A stretch of DNA of 64,000 nucleotides from Geopsychrobacteraceae bacterium (GTDB lineage: Bacteria; Desulfobacterota; Desulfuromonadia; Desulfuromonadales; Geopsychrobacteraceae): NCBI GenBank assembly GCA_963676795.2, contig CAXXTB010000002.1:1184001-1248000 (forward strand), in the 5' to 3' direction. Under the pieces are notes generated by a model. It did no database searches and was not told where the DNA came from. It was given only the letters and a program-made list of their open reading frames with translations. The position numbers were made by a program, and so were the translations under genes. Positions 46,799 through 56,263 of this stretch are shown piece by piece (the first letter of the stretch is position 1; each line of letters starts with the position of its first letter).

Positions 46799-47842
46799 TT
46801 GAATCAGAACAAGATTGATCTTAAAGGACTGACCCTGCCGGAACTGGAAGCTTTTCTGGCTGACCTGGGTAAGGAAACGTACCGTTCCAAGCAGATTCTG
46901 CGCTGGATCTACCAGCGTCAGGTCTGCGACTTTGAACAGATGACCGACCTGGCCAAGCTGTTTCGCCAGCAGTTGGCGGAGCGCTCCTACGTCTCCGAGC
47001 TGGTCCCGGAAACGGTTCAGACCAGCGTGGACGGGACCAGGAAATATCTGTTCAGGCTGGATGACGGTGAAACTGTCGAGGCGGTACGCATACCGATGGA
47101 TGAGGACCGGGCGACCCTGTGTATCTCCTCGCAGGTCGGGTGTGCCATGGGCTGTCAGTTCTGCATGACCGGGACCTTTGGCCTGATTCGTAACCTGCGT
47201 GTCGATGAGATTATCAACCAGGTCTGCGCTGCGCTCAAGGATGGGCCGATCGGCAACATTGTTTTTATGGGGATGGGTGAGCCGCTGCATAACCTGGACA
47301 ACGTGGTTGCCGCCCTGAAGATCCTTTATCTGGATGAGGGGCTTGCCTTCGGCACCCGCAGGGTTACCCTGTCGACCTGCGGACTGGTTCCGCAGATACG
47401 TGAATTGAGCCGGCAGGTGAAGGTCAATCTGGCCGTATCGCTGAACGCAACAACGGATGAACTGCGTAATCAGCTGATGCCGGTCAATCGACGTTATCCC
47501 CTGAGTGAATTGATGAGTGCCTGCCGCGATTATGCCAATCTGGCCAAGCAGCGGGTGACCTTCGAGTATATCCTGCTTGGCGGGGTCAACGACAGCATTG
47601 CCGATGCAAAACGGCTGATCAAGCTGGTCCACGGGGTGCGCTGCAAGCTGAACCTGATCGCCTATAACGAGCATGAGGGGGCGGAGTTCAGGTCGCCGAG
47701 TCCGGAATCGGTCAAGGAGTTTCAGTCCTACCTGCTGCAGAGAGGGTTGGTGGCGACGCTGCGGGCCAGCAAGGGGCAGGATATCGCTGCCGCCTGCGGC
47801 CAGCTCAAGGGGCAGATGGATAAAGCAACAGACAACGCTTAG
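46799..47842 (+). CDS. rlmN: 23S rRNA (A2503-C2)/tRNA methyltransferase RlmN
   Basis: CISSQVGCAMGCQFC, MGMGEP and DIAAACGQL. Probable TTG start at 46799. Confidence 0.96.
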   Translation: MNQNKIDLKGLTLPELEAFLADLGKETYRSKQILRWIYQRQVCDFEQMTDLAKLFRQQLAERSYVSELVPETVQTSVDGTRKYLFRLDDGETVEAVRIPMDEDRATLCISSQVGCAMGCQFCMTGTFGLIRNLRVDEIINQVCAALKDGPIGNIVFMGMGEPLHNLDNVVAALKILYLDEGLAFGTRRVTLSTCGLVPQIRELSRQVKVNLAVSLNATTDELRNQLMPVNRRYPLSELMSACRDYANLAKQRVTFEYILLGGVNDSIADAKRLIKLVHGVRCKLNLIAYNEHEGAEFRSPSPESVKEFQSYLLQRGLVATLRASKGQDIAAACGQLKGQMDKATDNA

Positions 47843-47883
47843 CTTTTAAATCGTCAGGATATATTTTCCAGGAGTCAATTGAT

Positions 47884-48765
47884 ATGAACGAACCAGTTAT
47901 CGGTGTTATCGGTGGTAGCGGTCTCTATGAGATCGAAGGGCTGACCGATGTCAAGGAAGTAAAGCTTGAAACCCCCTTCGGCGATCCGTCCGATGCCTAT
48001 ATCACCGGGACCCTGAACGGGGCGAAGATGGTCTTTCTGCCCCGCCATGGACGCGGACATCGTTTCCTCCCTTCCGAGGTCAACTACCGGGCTAACATCT
48101 ACGGGATGAAACTGCTCGGTGTCGAGCAGATCATTTCCGTTTCGGCTGTCGGCAGCATGAAGGAAGAGATCGTTCCCGGCCATATCGTGATTCCGGATCA
48201 GTTCTTTGACCGGACGCAAGGCAAGCGTGCATCGACCTTCTTCGGCAACGGCGTCGTCGGTCATGTCCAGTTTGCCGATCCGGTCTGTGGTGAATTGTCT
48301 GAGATCCTCTATGCATCTGCAGATTCTGTTGGGGCGACCGTACACAAGGGAGGGACCTATATCTGCATCGAGGGACCGAACTTCTCAACTCGCGCCGAAT
48401 CGAAAATCTTCCGCAGCTGGGGCGTCGATATTATCGGCATGACCAACCTGCCTGAATCCCGCCTGGCTCGCGAGGCGGAGATCTGTTACGGTACTGTCGC
48501 CCTGGCGACTGACTACGACTGCTGGCATGAGGGCCATGACGACGTTTCGGTTGAGGCTGTTATCGCGATTATCCATCAGAATGTCGCGACCGCCAAAGCG
48601 ATCATCAAGGAGGCGGTCGGCCGTATTGTCAGCCAGCGCGCGCAGCGCGACTGTGCCTGCGCCGAGGCATTGAAGTATGCCATCATGACCAATAAGAGCA
48701 TGATCCCCGAAGACACCGTGAAGGCCCTGGAACCACTGATGGGCCGCTATCTGAAAGAGGGTTAA
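47884..48765 (+). CDS. mtnP: S-methyl-5'-thioadenosine phosphorylase
   Basis: IGGSGLY, PRHGRGH, NYRANI, EGPNFSTRAES and TDYDCW. Confidence 0.94.
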   Translation: MNEPVIGVIGGSGLYEIEGLTDVKEVKLETPFGDPSDAYITGTLNGAKMVFLPRHGRGHRFLPSEVNYRANIYGMKLLGVEQIISVSAVGSMKEEIVPGHIVIPDQFFDRTQGKRASTFFGNGVVGHVQFADPVCGELSEILYASADSVGATVHKGGTYICIEGPNFSTRAESKIFRSWGVDIIGMTNLPESRLAREAEICYGTVALATDYDCWHEGHDDVSVEAVIAIIHQNVATAKAIIKEAVGRIVSQRAQRDCACAEALKYAIMTNKSMIPEDTVKALEPLMGRYLKEG

Positions 48766-48767
48766 TA

Positions 48768-49679
48768 ATGAGTATTCTTGTTGTCGGCAGCGTTGCCTTT
48801 GATTCCATCAGCACCCCGTTCGGTCAGGTTGAGGATATCCTGGGCGGTTCGGCCTGCTATTTTTCGACCTCGGCCAGCTTCTTTACCGATGTCAACCTGG
48901 TTGCCGTTATCGGTGAGGATTTCCCCCAGGAGCATATCGATTTCCTTAACAGCCGCAATGTCAATCTCGACGGCCTGCAGCAGGTTCCGGGGCAGACCTT
49001 CCGCTGGAAGGGGAGCTATGAGTACGATCTGAACGAGGCCCATACCCTGGAAACCCACCTGAATGTTTTCGAAAACTTCAAGCCTCAGCTTCCGGAATCC
49101 TATCGTGACGCCGAGTATGTGTTCCTGGCCAACATCGATCCGGAACTGCAGCTCGAAGTTCTGGAGCAGGTGCGCAACCCGAAACTGGTTGCCTGTGATA
49201 CCATGAATTTCTGGATCGGCGGCAAAAAGGAGCAGTTGATCAAGACCCTGGCCAAGGTCGATATTCTGGTCATCAATGAAGGGGAGGCGCGTCAACTGGC
49301 AGATGAGCCGAACCTGATCAAGGCCGCTCAGATCATCCGTGGCTTCGGGCCGAAAACCCTGGTCGTCAAGCGCGGCGAATACGGTGTCCTGATGTTCAGC
49401 GAGGGTTCAACCTTCGCGGCCCCTGCCTATCCGCTCGAAGAGGTTTTTGATCCGACCGGCGCGGGCGATACCTTTGCCGGCGGTTTTGTCGGTTACCTGG
49501 CTTCAACCCGCAACCTGGATGAAAAAAATCTGCGTAAGGCGATTGTTTTTGGTACTGTAATGGCGTCCTTTACCGTCGAAAAGTTCAGCCTCGACCGTTT
49601 GCGCGAAATTGATCATCAGGAAATTGCCGATCGTTATCGTCGCATCAAGCTGTTGACCGAATTTTCCGATATCGACTGA
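48768..49679 (+). CDS. PfkB family carbohydrate/nucleoside kinase
   Basis: GSVAFD, LGGSA, INEGE and DPTGAGDTFAGG. Confidence 0.92.
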   Translation: MSILVVGSVAFDSISTPFGQVEDILGGSACYFSTSASFFTDVNLVAVIGEDFPQEHIDFLNSRNVNLDGLQQVPGQTFRWKGSYEYDLNEAHTLETHLNVFENFKPQLPESYRDAEYVFLANIDPELQLEVLEQVRNPKLVACDTMNFWIGGKKEQLIKTLAKVDILVINEGEARQLADEPNLIKAAQIIRGFGPKTLVVKRGEYGVLMFSEGSTFAAPAYPLEEVFDPTGAGDTFAGGFVGYLASTRNLDEKNLRKAIVFGTVMASFTVEKFSLDRLREIDHQEIADRYRRIKLLTEFSDID

Positions 49680-49720
49680 TTTTTTCACCGAATGACGCCT
49701 GGCGTCTGATTGGGGGTGAC

Positions 49721-50206
49721 ATGTTTGTCCAGCATCCACAGCTGAAGCAATTGAATGTCGCTGCGGAAAAGATCACCCGGCTGCACGTGGCCCAAAGTAG
49801 CGTGCAGCTGGCTTTTTCCGGTTTCCCTCCGCAGCTTTGCAAGGCGTTTCTGCTCAGCATCGAAGGAAATAACAGGGCGCTGGTCGTCGTCGCCTATTAT
49901 CTGATGGAGAGCCGCTGCTCGGTTTTTTTTGTGCCGAAGCAGGGGGAGGTGGCAGTGGAGAAACTGGATGCCACCTACGAAGACGGTTGGTCCTTTGTTG
50001 AATCGATGGGATTTGTCCTGACCGAGACCGATTATCATCTTAAAGCCCTTGACGACCGCAAGCAGTTTCTTGCGGGTTTGCCGATCTGTCAGTCTCCTCA
50101 GCAAACGACAGCGGAGAGACGCAGCAATGATCTGTTGGAAAAAGAAATCACGGATTTACGCGAATGCTGCTTGGAAAGTTTTGGGCGTTTTTTATCTTCT
50201 CTATAA
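49721..50206 (+). CDS. Hypothetical protein
   Basis: 161-aa ORF with a GGGGGTG RBS, co-oriented with its neighbours; no recognised motif. Confidence 0.7.
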   Translation: MFVQHPQLKQLNVAAEKITRLHVAQSSVQLAFSGFPPQLCKAFLLSIEGNNRALVVVAYYLMESRCSVFFVPKQGEVAVEKLDATYEDGWSFVESMGFVLTETDYHLKALDDRKQFLAGLPICQSPQQTTAERRSNDLLEKEITDLRECCLESFGRFLSSL

Positions 50207-50233
50207 TGGTTCGATTGCTCAAGGGGGTTGTGA

Positions 50234-50980
50234 ATGAAGTTTCTCGTTCTCTGTTTCTGTTTCGCCCTGATGCTCACCGGTTGTGCAACAGCGACCAAGG
50301 TTGCCGATAACAAGCAACAGGCCGATTCTCATTACAAAATGGCGGTTGCTCACCTGCAGGCCAACAATCCGACCCTGGCGCTCAAGGAACTTTTGGCTGC
50401 CGTCCACAACGACCCCGAGAACAGTGCCATTCATGCCGCCCTGGGGCAGGTCTATCAGCGCAAAAAAGCCTATCTCCTGGCTGAACGCCACTATCTTCGT
50501 GCTCTTGAACTCTCTGACAACGATCCGCGTTATCAGAACAATCTGGCGACCCTCTATCTCGATCTGCAGCGCTGGGATGAGGCGATTGACTATTTTGACA
50601 AGGCGTCCAGGAATCTGCTCTTTGTCGATGCCCATGTCGCTGCGGCCGGCAAGGCCTATGCCCTGTTCAAGAAAGAGGATTATGCCAGCGCCCTAAAAGG
50701 CTATGATGAAGCGCTGGCTCTAGCGCCGCGTTATGCCGAGGCCCACTATCTGAAGAGCCGTGTTTACCTTGCGATGGAAAACCCGGAGATGGCCGAATAC
50801 GAACTCCGTCAGGCGATCGATATCGTCCCTCAGTTTCTCCAGGCCCGTTACGAACTGGGCATGATGCTGCTGGAACAGGGGAAGCCGGAAGAGGCCAAAA
50901 AGGAATTTCAGCTGATTGTCAATTTTGCTGAAAACTCGGAATGGGGAGTCAAGGCCAAAAAGATTCTCAAAACGCTTTAA
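50234..50980 (+). CDS. TPR lipoprotein, PilF/PilW/Tgl-like type IV pilus pilotin
   Basis: Lipobox LTGC, TPR repeats (YQNNLATLY) and location downstream of ndk-rlmN. Confidence 0.75.
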   Translation: MKFLVLCFCFALMLTGCATATKVADNKQQADSHYKMAVAHLQANNPTLALKELLAAVHNDPENSAIHAALGQVYQRKKAYLLAERHYLRALELSDNDPRYQNNLATLYLDLQRWDEAIDYFDKASRNLLFVDAHVAAAGKAYALFKKEDYASALKGYDEALALAPRYAEAHYLKSRVYLAMENPEMAEYELRQAIDIVPQFLQARYELGMMLLEQGKPEEAKKEFQLIVNFAENSEWGVKAKKILKTL

Positions 50981-51004
50981 CCATATGTCCGTTTGTGAGA
51001 TTCC

Positions 51005-51520
51005 ATGATTATTCAGTGTCCTCAATGTGGAGCGCGTTACCGAACCAAGCACTTAGCTCAGGCCAAAACCCCGTTGCAGGCCTCCTGCCCGAAATGTCAG
51101 CATCGCTTTCTGGTGGCTGTGGATCAGGATGCTGCTGTCGCCTCAAGCGAACCGCCCAGAATCCTGATCGTTGACGATGCACGTTTCTTCAGAGAGCTGA
51201 TCATCGATCTGCTGCGCGGGCGCGAGCTGGTCCTGGAGACCGCCGACAGTGCCCGGGAAGCCTGGGAGAAGCTCCATCAGAAAGACTATGCCCTGCTGAT
51301 GGTCGATATCAATCTGCCGGACATGAATGGACTCGAGCTGATCGGCAAACTACGCCAGGACGCCAGGCTGCAGAATCTGAAGATCCTGAGTATCAGCGGC
51401 GTCTATCGCAAGGATACCGATGCCATGAGCGCCATCCGTGCCGGGGCTGATGATTTCATGCCAAAGTCCTTTCAGCCGGATGAGTTGACAGCGCGGATCG
51501 ACAGGTTGCTGAGCAAGTGA
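51005..51520 (+). CDS. Zinc-ribbon + receiver-domain response regulator
   Basis: CPQC...CPKC..F followed by REC motifs IVDD, VDINLPDMNG and PK. Confidence 0.88.
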   Translation: MIIQCPQCGARYRTKHLAQAKTPLQASCPKCQHRFLVAVDQDAAVASSEPPRILIVDDARFFRELIIDLLRGRELVLETADSAREAWEKLHQKDYALLMVDINLPDMNGLELIGKLRQDARLQNLKILSISGVYRKDTDAMSAIRAGADDFMPKSFQPDELTARIDRLLSK

Positions 51521-52320
51521 TTGAGTCCGCAGAAATAAGCGCAGCAGTGGCCCGGTTTGAACGCTGGTTGCCCGCGCAACCCCAGTTGGCGATTGTTCTT
51601 GGTTCGGGCCTCAGCAGTCTGCCTGAACAGCTCTCCCAACGTCAGACCCTGGCCTACGCGGAGCTGCCCGGACTGCCCAAGACCGGTGCTGCCGGGCATG
51701 CCGGCCTAGTGCATTACGGAAAATTTGCAGGCCTCGATCTGCTGGTTTTTCAGGGGCGGTTTCACTGCTACGAGGGATACTCGGCGTGGCAGGTCACTGC
51801 TCTGGTCCGTCTGGCAGCGGCACTGCGCTGTCCCCGGCTGCTCTTGACCAATGCCGTTGGCGGGCTGAATGCCGCGATGCAGCCCGGTGATTATATGCTC
51901 GCGGAAGATCATCTGAATTTTACCGGTCTTAGTCCTCTGGTCGGGCAACAAGACGCGTTTATCGATCTCGGCAGGTTGTATCACCGTTTTCCGGAACATT
52001 TAACTCAGGAGCTCGCAGCTAAGGATATTGCTCTCCATCGGGGCGTCCTGGCCTGGATGCTTGGCCCGAGCTACGAGACTTCCGCGGAGATTCGCGCCCT
52101 CAAGCGCCTTGGCGCAGATGCCGTCGGGATGTCAACCGTGCCTGAGGCGATCATGGCGCACTACTGTGGAATCGATGTCGCCGTCCTGTCCCTGATTACC
52201 AACCTGGGGGCCGGCCTGAGTCCGCAGCCCCTCGGTCATGAAGATGTGCTGCAGGTCGGAGCACGTGCTGCTCAGCAATTCCCAACCGTTCTGAGCAGGC
52301 TGATTGCCAACTGGGGCTGA
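51517..52320 (+). CDS. Purine nucleoside phosphorylase (trimeric type)
   Basis: IVLGSGL, GHAG, QGRFHCYEG, GPSYET and AVGMSTVPE. Confidence 0.93.
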   Translation: MIESAEISAAVARFERWLPAQPQLAIVLGSGLSSLPEQLSQRQTLAYAELPGLPKTGAAGHAGLVHYGKFAGLDLLVFQGRFHCYEGYSAWQVTALVRLAAALRCPRLLLTNAVGGLNAAMQPGDYMLAEDHLNFTGLSPLVGQQDAFIDLGRLYHRFPEHLTQELAAKDIALHRGVLAWMLGPSYETSAEIRALKRLGADAVGMSTVPEAIMAHYCGIDVAVLSLITNLGAGLSPQPLGHEDVLQVGARAAQQFPTVLSRLIANWG

Positions 52321-52370
52321 TCTTCTTCTGTTTTTTACGTTTTTCCTCTGCTGTACTTGTCTGCAACGGC

Positions 52371-52398
52371 TTGACTCCCACTTCTTCGCTGATAAACT
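52371..52398 (+). promoter_or_regulatory. Putative sigma70 promoter of the response regulator-USP unit
   Basis: TTGACT-N16-TAAACT with an extended TG. Confidence 0.5.
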
Positions 52399-52425
52399 TT
52401 CAGTAACATGAAAAGTGGGTGGTGT

Positions 52426-52797
52426 ATGTCAAAGATTCTTGTTGTTGATGATGAAGAAAACGCCCGGATCGGGCTTAAAAAATATCTCGAAGGCCAACAG
52501 CATCAGGTTGTTGCTGCATCAGATGGAAAGGAAGCCCTTTCCGAACTGATTCGTCAGCAACCGGATATCGTGATTACCGATATCAGCATGCCGGGAATGA
52601 ACGGGCTGATTCTGCTTGAGCAGATGATGCAGCATTTCCCCTCGGTTCCGGTGATCATGATGACCGCTTACGGTGAGATCGATTCCTATCTGCAGTCGAA
52701 GCGACTGGGTGTCTTCGAGTACCTGATCAAACCGGTCAGATTGGCTGACCTGAAGATACTCATCGATCGGATCACCTGCGAAAGGGCACTCAATTAA
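52426..52797 (+). CDS. Single-domain response regulator
   Basis: ILVVDDE, TDISMPGMNG, MTAYG and KP. Confidence 0.92.
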   Translation: MSKILVVDDEENARIGLKKYLEGQQHQVVAASDGKEALSELIRQQPDIVITDISMPGMNGLILLEQMMQHFPSVPVIMMTAYGEIDSYLQSKRLGVFEYLIKPVRLADLKILIDRITCERALN

Positions 52798-52835
52798 TCA
52801 TTTTTTGCGGGCTGATTTCTGAATAGGGGGCACAG

Positions 52836-53288
52836 ATGAAAGACTGTAAAGCAATACTCGTAGCGATTGATTTCTCGGATAGTTCTGATAATGCTTTTCA
52901 GATGGCGCTTTCGATGGCCCGAAAATTTGACGCGAAGCTCATTGTGCTGCATGTCATCAACGAGCCTATAGATCTGCGCGGTTTTTATGTTCCGCACATC
53001 TCTTTTGAAAAGCTCGAAGAGGAAATCATGGAAGGGGCCAAGAAGATGATGGACAGCTTCTGCCATCGCAATCTTGCCGATTATGCAAATCATGAATGTA
53101 TGATTGTCGCCGGGATTCCTTTCGAACAGATCATCGGTCAGGCCGAGGAAAAATCTGCTGATCTGATCGTTATGGGCACCCATGGCCGGGCTGGCCTTGA
53201 TCATGTGCTGTTCGGCAGCACCGCAGAAAAGGTTGTCCGTAAGTCGCCGTTGCCGGTTTTGACGGTGCGTCTTGAAGAAGAGGGGTAA
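52836..53288 (+). CDS. Universal stress protein
   Basis: ILVAIDFS and DLIVMGTHGR..FGSTAEKVVR..PVLTV. Confidence 0.95.
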   Translation: MKDCKAILVAIDFSDSSDNAFQMALSMARKFDAKLIVLHVINEPIDLRGFYVPHISFEKLEEEIMEGAKKMMDSFCHRNLADYANHECMIVAGIPFEQIIGQAEEKSADLIVMGTHGRAGLDHVLFGSTAEKVVRKSPLPVLTVRLEEEG

Positions 53289-53339
53289 CAGGCAGTTCTC
53301 AGGCGTAACGACATGCGCCTTAACGACGAGGGAGTCGAG

Positions 53340-53372
53340 AAAAACAAGGGGTCATTGGCCCCTTGTTTTTTT
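53340..53372 (+). terminator. Rho-independent terminator after usp
   Basis: AAAAACAAGGGGTC/GGCCCCTTGTTTTT stem plus T-tract. Confidence 0.85.
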
Positions 53373-53465
53373 ATGTCTGGAGGAGAACGGGTAAAATTAT
53401 TCATGGGTTAATATCGCTGAAACTGCTATAGTCATTGATCGATTTATATTCCAAGGGGGGATATT

Positions 53466-54668
53466 ATGGCGCAGCAGTTGAGTCGGTTTGCTGGTGAGAC
53501 GATTGTTATCGCCGACGATGAGTATGTGATTGTCGAACTGTCACGCATGTTGCTTGAGAAAAGAGGCTTCAAGGTTCTTACCGCTCAAAACGGGCAGCAA
53601 TGTGTCGAACTGGTCAGAGATCACCATCCGGCGATGGTGCTGCTCGATTACATGATGCCTGTCATGAATGGTTATGAAGCTCTGACCTGGATCCGGGCCG
53701 GCTTTCCCGATTCCTATGTCCTCATGTTTACCGGCAAGGGGAGCGAGGAGGTCGCTGTTCAGTTGATGAAGGCCGGAGCGGCGGATTATCTGCAGAAGCC
53801 TTTTGCCAACCAGAGTCTGCTCGACCGCATTGATGCGGTGCTGACCTTGCGTCAGATCGAGATAGAGAACAAACGTCTGCTGCAGGAACGGGAGAAACTG
53901 CAGGAGGAGATTCAGCGCTGGAACCAGGAGCTGGAAAAACGCGTCGAAGAGAAGACCCAGGCTCTCGAGAGAGCTCACCAGGAGATCGTTCAGGCTGAGA
54001 AGCTCGCCCTGTTTGGGCATATTACGGCCGGACTGGCCCATGAGATTCGTAATCCGCTCAACTCGATCAACCTGTTTGCCCAGATCCTCCATGGTGAAGA
54101 GGGAATGAATGAAGAACAGTTGAGCTACCTGACCAAGATCTCCCAGGAAGTCATCCGTATCGACGAAATCCTGGTGCGCATGCTGGCTGCCAGCCAGAGT
54201 CATGTGGAAAAACGTGAGCAGGTCTGTTTTGTCAAATTGCTGGACAAGGTGTTGCGGGTCAATGCCGATCACCTCTGTGTCCAGAATGTCGATGTCAGTC
54301 TTGATGTCGATGAGGAAATGCCGACATTGAAAGCCGATCCTCTGGAAATGGAACAGATTTTCTCCAACCTGATTACTAATTCGCTGCAGGTCATGCCCGA
54401 TGGCGGAACACTCAAAATTGTGCTGAAAGCGGACATGGAAAAGATTTACATTCAGATTGGCGATAGCGGGCCGGGGATCCCCGCAGAAAATCTGACCCGG
54501 ATTTTCGACCCATTTTTCACCACGCGTGAACAGGGAACCGGGTTCGGATTGTCGGTCGTTAAACGGATCATCAAGAGCTATGGCGGCGGGGTCAAAGCAG
54601 AGTCAGTGCCCGGCGAAGGTGCCCTGTTCAAGATTGAGATCCCGTTGATTTACGGAGCGTTCCACTGA
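53466..54668 (+). CDS. Cytoplasmic hybrid histidine kinase (REC-coiled coil-HisKA-HATPase)
   Basis: REC LLDYMMP; H-box AHEIRNPL; N box NLITNS; G boxes DSGPG, FDPFFTT and GTGFGL. Confidence 0.93.
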   Translation: MAQQLSRFAGETIVIADDEYVIVELSRMLLEKRGFKVLTAQNGQQCVELVRDHHPAMVLLDYMMPVMNGYEALTWIRAGFPDSYVLMFTGKGSEEVAVQLMKAGAADYLQKPFANQSLLDRIDAVLTLRQIEIENKRLLQEREKLQEEIQRWNQELEKRVEEKTQALERAHQEIVQAEKLALFGHITAGLAHEIRNPLNSINLFAQILHGEEGMNEEQLSYLTKISQEVIRIDEILVRMLAASQSHVEKREQVCFVKLLDKVLRVNADHLCVQNVDVSLDVDEEMPTLKADPLEMEQIFSNLITNSLQVMPDGGTLKIVLKADMEKIYIQIGDSGPGIPAENLTRIFDPFFTTREQGTGFGLSVVKRIIKSYGGGVKAESVPGEGALFKIEIPLIYGAFH

Positions 54669-54671
54669 TTT

Positions 54672-56255
54672 ATGGCGTTAAGATTACGTGAAATTTCCCT
54701 GGCCCTCAATGAGGACGAGTCCTGCCTGCCGGAAAAAATAGCTGTCCTGTTGCACATTCCTGTTGCCAGCGTCCTCTCCTGGAAGATCCTGCGCAAAGGT
54801 ATCGATGCGCGCAAAAAGCCGCACATCCTGCGTGTCTATACAGTCGATTTCGAATGTCCGGACGAAGCTGCTGTGCTTGCCAGGAATCGCCAGTGCCGTA
54901 CCCTGGATGTCGTTGAACATCCATCGGCCCTAGAGTTTCCGCGGACCGCTGATGACTCCCGGGTTCTGATCGTCGGGATGGGGCCGGCCGGGCTGTTCTC
55001 TGCTCTGGTTCTCGCCGAAACCGGAAAACAGGTGCATCTGCTCGAAAGAGGACGCTGTCTTCAGGAGCGGATCCGTGATGTGCGGGCTTTCTGGGAGTCC
55101 GGCACTTTCTGCACTGAAAGCAATATTCAGTTCGGTGAAGGAGGCGCCGGGACCTTCTCCGACGGCAAACTGACCAGCCGGATCGGTCATCCCGCCACGC
55201 GCTATGTGCTTGAGCGACTTGTCGAGTTCGGTGCTCCTCAGGAGATTCTCTGGCAGGCCAAGCCGCATGTCGGATCGGACCGCTTGCGCAATGTCCTGAT
55301 TCGCCTGCGTAAACACCTGCTCGAGCTGGGTGTCGAGATCAGTTTCTCCAGTTGTCTGAGCGGTTTTGAAAGCCGTCAGGGGCGCATCGTCGCGGGGATC
55401 GTCAACGGCGACCGGCGAATCGAGTGCGATGAACTGATTCTCGCCATCGGCCACAGTGCCCGCGATACTTATGCCATGTTGGCTGACAAGGGCGTGGCGA
55501 TGGAGCAGAAAGCCTTTGCCATCGGTCTGCGGGTCGAACATCCCCTTGAACTGATCAATCAGATTCAGTACGGTATGGGAAAGCATCCGTTGTTGCCGGC
55601 CGCCGACTATCGTCTGGCCTGGAACGACCCGGAGACGGGGCGGGGGATCTACTCCTTCTGTATGTGTCCGGGCGGCCTGGTTATCAATGCGGCATCGGAA
55701 CCCGGCGGGATTGTCGTCAACGGCATGAGTCCCTACAAACGGGATCAGCCCTGGTCGAATTCGGCCCTGGTGGTGACGGTCTCTCCGGCCGATTTTGGTG
55801 CTTCAGACCTGCTCGCCGGGGTCCGTTTCCAGCGTCATTGGGAACAGGCGGCCTATGCCGCAGGTGGGGCGGGCTGGCGGGCTCCTGCCCAGTCTCTGCT
55901 CGAATTTCTGCAGGGGCGGGACTCCGCTCTGCCCGAGTCCTCGTGCCGGCCACAGGTTGTTCACGCGGATCTCAATCAGTGTCTGCCAGGATTCGTCGCG
56001 ACGGCCATCAAAAAGGCCCTCCCTCAGTTCAATCGCAGGATGCGTGGTTTCGTCGGGCCTGAGGCAACTCTGATCGGTGTCGAAACCAGAACCTCGGCAC
56101 CGCTGCGGATTCTGCGTGACAAAAGCGGGCAGTCGCTCAGTCACCAGGGTCTTTACCCGGCCGGAGAAGGTGCCGGCTACGCTGGCGGGATTATGAGTGC
56201 GGCTGTCGATGGTATCGGCGTCGCTACAACGATTTTACAACGAAGAGAGAAATAG
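54672..56255 (+). CDS. FAD-dependent oxidoreductase (uncharacterised family)
   Basis: GMGPAG, GEGGAGTFSDGKL, SFCMCPGG, GVETRTS and GEGAGYAGGI. Confidence 0.88.
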   Translation: MALRLREISLALNEDESCLPEKIAVLLHIPVASVLSWKILRKGIDARKKPHILRVYTVDFECPDEAAVLARNRQCRTLDVVEHPSALEFPRTADDSRVLIVGMGPAGLFSALVLAETGKQVHLLERGRCLQERIRDVRAFWESGTFCTESNIQFGEGGAGTFSDGKLTSRIGHPATRYVLERLVEFGAPQEILWQAKPHVGSDRLRNVLIRLRKHLLELGVEISFSSCLSGFESRQGRIVAGIVNGDRRIECDELILAIGHSARDTYAMLADKGVAMEQKAFAIGLRVEHPLELINQIQYGMGKHPLLPAADYRLAWNDPETGRGIYSFCMCPGGLVINAASEPGGIVVNGMSPYKRDQPWSNSALVVTVSPADFGASDLLAGVRFQRHWEQAAYAAGGAGWRAPAQSLLEFLQGRDSALPESSCRPQVVHADLNQCLPGFVATAIKKALPQFNRRMRGFVGPEATLIGVETRTSAPLRILRDKSGQSLSHQGLYPAGEGAGYAGGIMSAAVDGIGVATTILQRREK

Positions 56256-56263
56256 GGGTTGGT

